This document shows, piece by piece, positions 29,356 to 39,700 of a stretch of DNA of 64,000 nt (its first letter is position 1; each line of letters opens with the position of its first letter). The position numbers and the translations under genes are program-made. The notes under the pieces were generated by a model. It saw nothing but the letters and a program-made list of their open reading frames with translations. It had not been told where the DNA came from and searched no databases. Origin of the DNA: Faecousia sp. (lineage in GTDB: Bacteria > Bacillota > Clostridia > Oscillospirales > Oscillospiraceae); assembly GCA_045122735.1 (NCBI GenBank), contig JBGVHZ010000035.1, positions 7,913-71,912 of the forward strand, in the 5' to 3' direction.

Positions 29356-30477
29356 ATGATGAAGAAAATTGGTAAACAGGTACATTTTCTGCCCACCGGT
29401 GAATCCGTCAAGCGTGCCGGTGAAGGCGCTTTTGCCCGTCTGAAGGACGGACGGATCGTATACGCCTACACGGAATATGTGGGTGCCGGCAACGAAGATG
29501 CAGATCCTGCCCGTATCAGTGCAGTGTTTTCCTCCGACGAAGGTCAATCCTGGGGCGGCCACCGTGTTTTGATGACCTGCCGGGAAGGCGATAAGAACAT
29601 TATGAGCGTTTCCTTCATGCGAATGCTGGATGGCAGCTTGGGTATGTTCTTCCTGCGTAAGACCGGAGATGCCTGTGTGCTGAATTTGGTGCGCTCTGAC
29701 GACGAAGGAGAAAGCTGGGGAGAACCCACGATCTGCACCGACAATCAGTACTATGTTGTCAACAATGACCGGGTGATCCGTCTGCGCAACGGCAATTTGC
29801 TGTTCCCCGCAAACCTGCACGCCTCTCCCGCCACCGACATCTCCGTGCAGTGCTACTTTCTGTCTGAAGATGACGGAAAGACCTGGAAAAAGCTGTGTGA
29901 ACCTTTGGCTCACCCTGACCGCACCACCACCTCCGGTCTGCAGGAAGGCGGCGTATACGAAATGCCCGACGGAACCATCTGGGGCTGGGCTCGTACCCGT
30001 TCCGGCAGCCAGTACTCCATGTACTCCAAGGATGGCGGCGTAAACTGGACTACCCCCGTAGGCAGCGAGCTGTTCACCAGCCCTGATGCACCTATGCAGG
30101 TAAAGGATGTGGGCGACTACACCGTAGCCATCTTCAACCCCAAGCCCCGGTACTACGGCCGGATAGAATTTGAAGCGCCGGAGACCGGCAAGGGCCTGTG
30201 GGCAAGAACACCCTTTGTTTGCCTTGTCAGCCACGACCGTGGTCAAACCTTCCCAGACGGCTACTTCCTGGAAACGGATCCCAGCAACTCCTACTGCTAC
30301 CCTGCCGTTTTTGAAGGTGAGGACTACTTCCTGGTAGCCTACTACCACTCCAACGGCTCCGGTTTGTGCCTGAGCAGCGGTAAGATCCTTCGGGTTTCCC
30401 TGTCCGAACTGGATGGTCCTTACAAAACACCTGCCAAGGCTGCAAAGTCCTATGCTGCACAGCTTCCCAAGTTATAA
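29356..30477 (+). CDS. Asp-box (BNR) beta-propeller, sialidase-like, cytoplasmic
   Basis: Five Asp-boxes (SSDEGQSW, SDDEGESW, SEDDGKTW, SKDGGVNW, SHDRGQTF), LQE and YCYP; no signal peptide. Confidence 0.75.
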   Translation: MMKKIGKQVHFLPTGESVKRAGEGAFARLKDGRIVYAYTEYVGAGNEDADPARISAVFSSDEGQSWGGHRVLMTCREGDKNIMSVSFMRMLDGSLGMFFLRKTGDACVLNLVRSDDEGESWGEPTICTDNQYYVVNNDRVIRLRNGNLLFPANLHASPATDISVQCYFLSEDDGKTWKKLCEPLAHPDRTTTSGLQEGGVYEMPDGTIWGWARTRSGSQYSMYSKDGGVNWTTPVGSELFTSPDAPMQVKDVGDYTVAIFNPKPRYYGRIEFEAPETGKGLWARTPFVCLVSHDRGQTFPDGYFLETDPSNSYCYPAVFEGEDYFLVAYYHSNGSGLCLSSGKILRVSLSELDGPYKTPAKAAKSYAAQLPKL

Positions 30478-30492
30478 AAAATATCACTTTAT

Positions 30493-30534
30493 CCCCCGGT
30501 TATACCGCTTTCCAGGCGGTTTAACCGGGGTTTT
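30493..30534 (+). terminator. Intrinsic terminator
   Basis: CCCCGGTTA..CCGC....GCGG..TAACCGGGG followed by T-run. Confidence 0.65.
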
Positions 30535-30651
30535 ATTTGGTTTTTTGGCCTCCTCTTCCCTTTTACATCGTTACATCAAAAAAGTCTCTCCGAAAGCAAG
30601 GATAATCTTGTGATTTTTGCACGACAAGTTTGTCCATTTACCAAAAAACCA

Positions 30652-30680
30652 TTGACCAACAGCAATCTTTTTTGTACAAT
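30652..30680 (+). promoter_or_regulatory. sigma-A promoter of giant protein 1
   Basis: TTGACC-17 nt-TACAAT. Confidence 0.65.
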
Positions 30681-30777
30681 GAGTACATAGAGTGCCATAG
30701 TATCCCCGCGCGGCATTTTATCTCCCCAGGTTGGGGTTTTCGCAAAAAATCTATATATGAAAAAAGAGGTGTTCCTG

Positions 30778-33700
30778 ATGAAAACAAGTATGAAGTGGCT
30801 ATCCATTCTTTTGGTGCTGTGCTTGCTGGTTGCCGGTATTATGGCGATCACAACCTTCGCCGAAACAGAATCTGCTCTGGCCGCCGAAGCCGAAAAGGAC
30901 GGTATTCGCGTGTCCCTCAAAATCAATGAGGAAGACTACGAGAAAACCGGCAAGATGTCCCTAAAGCTGGATGTTGCCAACGATGGTGACAAAAAGCTGA
31001 AGGATATCAAAACATCCGTCACCATGCCCGAATCCTTGCTGGTCAAGGAAGGCGAACTGGTGAAAGACGTGGAGAAAATGAACTACCATGCCTTACTGCA
31101 AAACGAGATCCAGTTTGCCCATGTGGACTCCCCCATCATCGTGGAGGATCCTACCGATCCCGATGGCCCCAGTGGCAATCAGGGCGGTAACAAGGGTGGC
31201 AAGGGCGGTCTTCCCTCCTGGGTCCTGCCTGTGGCACTAATTGCCGTGGCAGTGATCGTTGCCGGCGTTCTGATCTTCCTGATCGCCACCGGCAAGCTGA
31301 AGAAGGGCAAGAACCTGAGCCTGCTGCTTCTGATCGGCATTCTGGTATTCTCCCTTGCCCCTGTGGTCAACGCCACCGAAGGTGAGGAAGCTGCAGCCGA
31401 TGCCGGCAACACCCTCACCGTAGCCAATGAAGTTACCATTGAGGGCGAGACCGTTGTGATCAGCGCTACCGTCACTTGGGACTATCAGGATCCCAATCCT
31501 GACAATTCCACTCTGACCCGTGCAGATATGGAAAAGGCCATTGCAGAAATGGCTTTCACCTGGTACTTCAAGGGTGGTTCCTATGAGTATGACTCCGCTT
31601 CCCTGAACTCCATGGAGCAGCACCTGAGTACCCCTCTGTGTGGTTACTCCGGTGGTAAGAGCCGTTTGACTGCTTTCCCCGTAATGGAAAACGCCACCTC
31701 CCACTCCAGTGTGTTCACTGTTTGTAGTGGCTTTGCTTACGACTCCTATATGGCAGCTCTGGGCTACCCCATTCTGGGCAGCAAGTTCAACTGTCTGACT
31801 ATGACCCTGTGGCGTAACACCAGCTATCCGGATGATATGGCCATCCTGCGCTGGCACACCAAGGGCCAAGGTGTTAAGTATAACAACTATGACACCACCT
31901 ACAATGTTAAGTACAACAACTGGTACTCCGCCAAGGGTGTATATGACTTCTTCAAGAATTGGAAAGAAAACATGCGTCCCGGCGACATCATTGTCTTCGA
32001 CAATCCCGGCCACGCCATTTTGTATGTAGGTAACGGCATCGTTCTGGATGCCGGCGGCGGCAAGTACTCCATGGACACCGGTACGGACCAGAGAGAAACC
32101 TCCGGTGCCGTAAAGTTCACCACCATGGAAGACTACTTCTTCGATCCCGATAACAAGAACTTCGACGTGGGAGCCCTTGGTTGGCGTGAAAACTCCATCG
32201 TTGTTTGCCGTCCTCTGGACCTTCTGACCATCGACGATGGTGATAAGGATCCCGGCAACGATAAGATCGATCCTAATTACAAACTGCGGACCGGTCTTCT
32301 GAAGTACCAGCTTGCCCATGACAAGAGCCACACCGTTAAGACCTCCGACTACGGTTTTGATGATATCACCTATACCCGTTTGGAAAACATGGGCATGACC
32401 ATCAACAGAACCGTTTCCATCACCCCTTACGGCACCGCTACCCAGGGCAACACCCTTACATACAGCGTTACTGTGGCAAACAACAGTGACAATATGGATT
32501 ACCTGACCTATCTGGAACGGGGCGGCATCACCGACTACGAAGGTGTGGATTACAAGGACCTGTGGGTGGTAGAACATATCCCCGAGGGCACCGAATTGGA
32601 GTCTGTCTTTGGCGCCATCGTTGACGGCAACACCCTGCGCTGGAATGCCGACATCCCCGCCGGCGAATCCCGCACCTTTGCTTACACCGTAAGAGTGACC
32701 GGTGATGTGGGCGATACCATCGTCAGCACCGGTGGCTGGGTCAACAACATTCCCTCCAACACCATCGAAAACCGCATTGGCGGCAAACAGCTGCCCAACA
32801 AGGTCAAGGGTAATATGACCCGCTTCTTTGAAGCCGGCAGAGATGCCTGGAACAGCAACGATGGCTACAAGATCAGCGCCAACGTAAATTCCGGCACCCA
32901 TTTTGCCGAGCAGGTCTATCAGGCCACCACCGGCCTTAACCTGCAGCTGCCCGATGTGCAGGAGATCATGGACATCTTCTTCCATGAGTATAAGTACTAC
33001 ACCCCCTACGGCACATACCTGTACCACGACAGCACCGGCATCACAAGACATATGTACCGTCTGAATTCCAAGGCTCCCAGCGCCAAGGACCAGATCTACT
33101 ATGATATGCTGGTTCCCGGCTACTACGGCGGTATGTGGTGCTACTCCGACGAATACAACGGTGAAGTGCGTATCAACGAGCTCCGTGAAGAATATCTGGA
33201 GCCTGGTGATATCTTCATTTACCTGGATCTGACCGAGGCCGAAGAAGATGGTGCAGTTTACAAAAAGCGTGAGGTGACCGGTTATACCGTTATGGTCTAT
33301 CTGGGCAACTCCTCCTACGCTTCTTTGAACAGCGAAGGCCGTTTGGATCCCATTGATACCGCATTTGGCGTCACCTCCGCCTTTATGCACGACCTGTTCG
33401 TGTGCCTGCGTCCCCGTCAGGCTTACACCGATATCAACACCCAGATCCCCGCTTTTGTGGGTCCTGCTCCCGATCTGACTGAAGCCGATATGCGTCAGAC
33501 CTACAAGCCCAATCCCAGCCTGATCCTGCTGAACGATGTTGCTTGCAAGCAGTTTGCTGATATGAGCATCGAGGACTTTGAGTGGATCAAGGTTAACGGC
33601 GTGTTCCCCGGCGAAGTTTACAGCAAGCTGGGTATGGATATCGTCACCAACGGTACCGACGACGCTTCCTTCGCAACGCTGCTTAAGTATCTGTTCCTGG

Positions 33701-36700
33701 ATGTGGAAGACGAAACTTCCATCTTCCGTGAATTTGGCCACCACTACTTCAAGCTGGAAGAGCCTAAGTACGGCGCTGAAAAGTGGAACGATATGCTGAT
33801 GTACTACGCAGGTCCCGCCATCGACGACTCCACGGAAGTAAAGATCACTTCCATGAAGGATCTGCACCCCGGTGACATCGTGATGATCGGCAGCCGTACC
33901 TCCCGTTTCTATGTGACCACCGTTTACCAGGGCAATGGCAACTTCCTGCTGAACGTGCAGAGCTTGCAGCTGTCCGGTATCGAGTCCAAGATCTGGGGCG
34001 AGCTCCACTTCAAGAACGACACCGAATTTAACAACTGGCTCAACAGCAAGATCGCCCCCTTCGCAGAGACTTTGGATAGACGTGACAGTTTCGATCCCAA
34101 CAACCGCTTTGTTAAGGATCTGCGCTACGAGTGCTACCTGGTTCTGCGTCCCTCCAGAGCTTTTGAGAACATCAACGAAATGGTTAAGCGGAACATCAAG
34201 GATGGCGCACTGACCACCGCTGAAAAGAATGTTCTAGCTAAGCTCACCATCGAAGACTTCAAGAACGGCCCCAAGAAGCTGTTCAACATAAACGCTGTTG
34301 GCCCTTGGGCCTACGGCAAGGCCGGTGTGAACGTCTCCATTTACCTGGGCTCCAACAGTATCTTTGCTACGAGAAACCTGATCTTCAAGTGGGTCGGCAG
34401 TTACATGGAGCTTCGTATGAGCTACGAGGACGAATATAACAACGACTACCGCACCATGCTGGTGCCCGAATCCTACGGCGGTACCGCATTCAATAGCAGC
34501 TTCATCATCACACCCGATATGCTCCAGGTCGGTGACCTGTTCTGCGGCGCTCAAAAGGCAACTGTTAACGGCAAGGACAGCACCAGATATGTTGTCGGTA
34601 TCTACCAGGGTAACGGCAAATTCCTGTTCATCGAAAACGGCGGTGCCAAGGGCAATATTGCTTCTTACGACACCAAGTCCGTCTTCTCCAAGAACATCGG
34701 TAAGGAATGGAGCTACTACTACATCCTCCGTCCCGATCGTCTTGCCACCGTTAAGAAGGTCGTGGATACACCTCCCGTATATCCCGAATTCCCCGCTGAT
34801 CCCACTCTGCGTTTCATCGATGCTTACAAGCTGGCTCCCTGGGAAACCGAAGCCATCGCTAACCTGACCTTCGACAACTGGTCTGCAAACTGTGCATCCT
34901 ACCAGCTGACCAACATTCTGCCTTGGGTCTACAAGCAGGCAGGCATTGATATCGCAATGGATAAGTACGGCTATCAGGCTCTGACCTGGGCCGGTGCGAA
35001 CGACTCCGCCAATACCAAGGGTTCCTACTACAATAAGATCCTGGTTTCCGGTTCCCGTGGCAGCAATGTAAAGGGCTCCGGTATCAAGAACTCCCAGATC
35101 GGTGATATCTTTGGTGGCCGTGTGGTCGTCAAGGGCAAGGACGGCGCTGATGTGAACCTGTACTACGGCGCTGTTTACCAGGGTGATGGTAAGTGGATGG
35201 CCTTCTATGACACCTATAGTGCAGGTGAGAAGGGTCACGAAACCAAGATCCTGTCTGTAGAGGATCTGGACGCTATCACCTGGAACTTCCGCTATGTACT
35301 GCGTCCTCAGCAGCTGGCTTCCAAGGAGCCTCCTGCAGAGAAGCCCGTGGTTCCCGGACCCCGTGATATTACCACCGGCAAGCTGACTGACAGAGAAAAG
35401 ACCAGTCTTTCCATCCTGACTCCCACCAATATCGCCTACCCCAGCAAGCACCTCTACGGCACTCTGCCTGAATACTACAAGGCCGTGGGCATCACCGTGG
35501 ATATGAAGAACAAGACCCACGAAGGTGCTCGTGAGCAGCTGTTTGTGAAGGACGGCAACACCCTTGTTCTCCGTACAGAAGCTACCGATGACACAATGGC
35601 CTACTTCCAGGCTATGAATATCGGTGTCTACGGCGGCAGCATGTTCGCAAAGGATAACCAGATCAAGATCTCCACTGCGGTTTCCGAAGGCAAGCTGCAG
35701 ATCGGTGATGTGATCGCCGGTTACTATGTAGATGACTGCGACGGAACCAAGACCAACACGCCCTTTACCGCTCTGTATCAGGGCAACAACAAGTTCCTGG
35801 TTGTTTATCCCCAGTGGGATGGCTCCAAGCAGTCCCTTGTTAAGGCCCAGGTGTCTGCAAGGCAGATCGAAGTCCTTGACTTCCTGTACTACTACACCCT
35901 CCGTCCTGAAAATGTGAATGATCTCCCCGTGATCACCGAACCTCGTGATATTACCACCGGCAAGCTGACCGATGCTGAAAAGGAAGCCCTTTCCAAGCTG
36001 ACCGGCAGCGATATCGGCTATCCCACCAGAATGCTCTACGGCACTCTGCCTGAGTACTACAAGGCCGCGAATATCACTGTGACTATGGCAGGCACCAAGA
36101 TGACCCAGGAAGGCATCCGCAACCAGCTGTTCAACTTGGTTGACGGCGTGCTCACCCTCCGCACTGAAGCTACCGACGACATTATGCGCTTCTATCAGAA
36201 GATGAACATCGGTGTCCAGGGCGGCAGCCTGTTCGCAGAAGCCGACCGGGTAAGCATTTCCGGTGCGATTGCCAACGGCAAGCTGCAGATCGGTGACGTC
36301 ATTGCCGGTAGCCACACCACAACCTATACTGTTGAGGGCGTGGAAACCACCAAGGATCAGTACATCACTGCTATGTATCAGGGCAACGATACCTTCCTTG
36401 TATACTACTATGCATACGATGCAGCACAGGGTAAGGATGCTATGAACAAGGTCACCTGGACCACTGCCCAGATGGAAGCCCTGAGCTACAAGTACTACTA
36501 CACGCTCCGTCCCGAGAATCTGGCTGAAGCTGAAACTCCTGAAGAGCCTGCAGGTCCTCGTGACATCGCCGACAGCCTGCTGACCGACGCTGAAAAGGAA
36601 GCCCTTTCCAAGCTGACCGGCAGCAATATCGGCTACACCTCCAGAAACATTTACGGCACTATCTCCGATTACTACAAGGCAGTTAATATCACTTTGACCC

Positions 36701-39700
36701 TGCCTCTGGACACCGACGGTAAGACCATGACCCAGGAGCGTGTCCGCAACAAGCTGTTCACCTGGGGTACCAATCCCAAGGTTCTGATCCCCGTAGAAGC
36801 CACCGATGATCTGATGCGCTACTTCCAGAAGATGCAGGTAGCCGTCCAGGGCGGTAGCTACTTCGCAGAAGCTTCCCGTGTAACTATCGCCAGCGCAGTT
36901 GCTAACAACACGCTGCAGATTGGTGATGTGATTGCCGGTATGCATGTAAATGCCTACAACGACGGCGCAGAAAAGACCGAAACCGTTCCTCTGACTGCTC
37001 TGTATCAGGGCGAAGGTAAGTTCCTGGTTTACTACTTTGTTTACGATGTGGCCCAGGCAAAGCAGGTCATGACCAAGGTCACCTGGACTGCTGAGCAGGT
37101 AGATGCACTGAACTTCCAGTACTACTACACGCTCCGTCCTGAGAACCTGGCCAAGACCGATACTCCTGTCGAACCTCCTGTTGAGCCCGAAGAACCCGAG
37201 GACGACAAGACCAGCGTCATTCGTGACATTTCCGAGCACAAGCTGACCGCCACCGAAATGGATGCGCTCAGCAAGCTGCAAATCGATGCTGCCCTTTGCG
37301 GCGGTGTTGACCTGAACAGCATTCTGCCGAAGACCTACAATGCCGTTAATATTAGTATGAAGACTTACGTTTCTGCAACAGGCAACAATGCCAGAAAGGC
37401 ACTGTTTGGAAACACCAACTGTAAGCTTCTGACGGCAGCCACCTCTCCCGATGCTACCCTCTACAATTTCTACATTCAGATTTTGGTAGATGGTGTTTAC
37501 GGCGGCACCGCTTTTGCAGAACCCGGCACCAAGGCCCTCAGCGATGAGAATCTGCAGATCGGCGACATTCTCTGCGCACAGGTTCCCGCCAATAAAGTCG
37601 TTGGAAGCTACACCTTCGGCACTGAAGCATCCTACATTGTCTTGGTATATCAAGGACATGGTAAGTTTAGTGGCTGTATGAATGTTGCCAAAACAGGCAG
37701 CAAGAGAGCCGCTGACTGGAACGGTGCAACACTGGAGCAGATGCAGACGATCGCTGCGGCAAATGGCTTTGGCTACTACTATGTACTCCGTCCCGAGCAG
37801 CTGGCTACTGCAGCCGCACCCGATGTGCGCGTTGTAACCTGGCTGAACGAAGACGGCACGGTTCTGGAGAAGAACCTGAATGCCAAGGTTGGCAGCGCTC
37901 CCAAGTACTATGGCGCAGAGCCCACCAAGGCTCCCACTGCTACTGCTACCTACACCTTCGCAGGCTGGACTCCCGAGATCGCACCTGTTTCCGGTGATGT
38001 GACCTACACCGCAACCTTCACTGAAATTCCCGTCACCTACACCGTCATTTGGAAGAACGAAGACGGCACCGAGCTGGAAAAGGATGAGAATGTTGCTTAC
38101 GGCGCTACTCCCACCTACGACGGTGCTGAGCCCACCAAGGCTGCTACCGAGCAGTTCACCTACACCTTCGCAGGCTGGACTCCCGAGGTTTCCGCCGTTA
38201 CCGGCGATGTGACCTACACTGCAACCTTCACCGAAGTTCCTGTCACCTTCACCATCATCTGGAAGAACGAAGACGGCACCGAGCTGGAGAAGGACGAGAA
38301 TGTTGCCTACGGCACTATGCCCACCTACGACGGCGAAGTTCCCACCAAGGCTGCTTCCGGCACTACTGTCTACACCTTCGCAGGCTGGACGCCTGAGATC
38401 GTAGCCGCCACCGGCGATGCAGTCTACACTGCAACCTTCTCCGATGCACCTGTGAACTACACGGTCATCTGGAAGAACGAAGATGGCACCGAGCTGGAAA
38501 AGGATGAAAATGTACAGCCCGGCACTATGCCCACTTACAACGGTGAGGAGCCCACCAAGGCTCCCACCGCTACCGCAAGCTACACCTTCGCAGGCTGGAC
38601 TCCCGAAATCAGTCCTGTCTCCGGTGATGTGACCTACACTGCAACCTTCACCGAAGTTCCCGTCACCTTTACCGTCATTTGGAAGAACGCTGACGGCTCC
38701 ACCATGGAGACCGACACCGTTCCCTACGGCACTGTTCCCACCTACGACGGCGCAACCCCTGCCAAGGAAGCTGATCTTTATACCTACACCTTCGCAGGCT
38801 GGGATGTAGAACCCGTTGCCGTTACCGGTGACGCAGTCTACACCGCAACCTACACCTATTCCCGTAAGCTCACTGCCTCCAAGCTGACCGCTGAGGAAAT
38901 GTCCATCCTGGCATGCCTCACTCCCGATGATGTTAAGGCAAGCCTGCCCGGCAACAATCTGGACTCTGGTGCTCCTTGGGCCTACGCACAGGCACACATC
39001 GATGCTTCTGTGTTCAAGATCTCCGTTCACACTCTTAGAAACACCATCCTGTACTCCAAGGGTGTCTACCCCCCCAGCAACAGCAAGTACAGTGCAGAAT
39101 TCGGCCCCACTCTGGTACCCACCACCCACGGCGGCACCCAGATGACCGACAATCCTCCCACCTTCGATATTAATTATCTGCAGGTAGGTGACCTGCTGTG
39201 CAGTGCCTTCTTCAATGTGGGCTCCAGCAATACTTACAGAGCATACTACGTATACCTGTACCAAGGCAACAACAAGTTCCTGCTTCTGAACAAGACCTCC
39301 GCAGATGTTTACTCTTGGGAAGAAATACGGGATACGGTTTACACCGAAGGTAAAACCACTTACGACTGGACCTACCACTATGTGATCCGCCCCGAGGACT
39401 ACAACGGTGCAACCCGTGATATCACCCTCAGAGAACTGACCGATGCCGAAGAGTACGAACTTTCCAAGCTGACTCAGGCCTCCACCTCCAGATGGATCCA
39501 CACCGTCCTGCCTGACATCTACAAGGCAGTTGGCATCAATGTGGATATGACCGGTGACTACAAGCTGTCCCAGGAAGGCACCCGCGATGCGCTGTTTGTA
39601 TGGGAAACCGTAGAGGGCGGCAAAGTCCTCGTTCCCAGAGCAGCCGATACCGATGTCAGACGCTACTTCCAGAAGATGAAGGTAAATGTCTACGGTGGCA

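Noticed and set aside
34234-39501. 1755 aa minus-strand ORF (and 31237-34008, 42790-44970, 23931-25556 etc.)
   Set aside because: Antisense shadows of strongly codon-biased plus-strand genes; no recognisable motifs.
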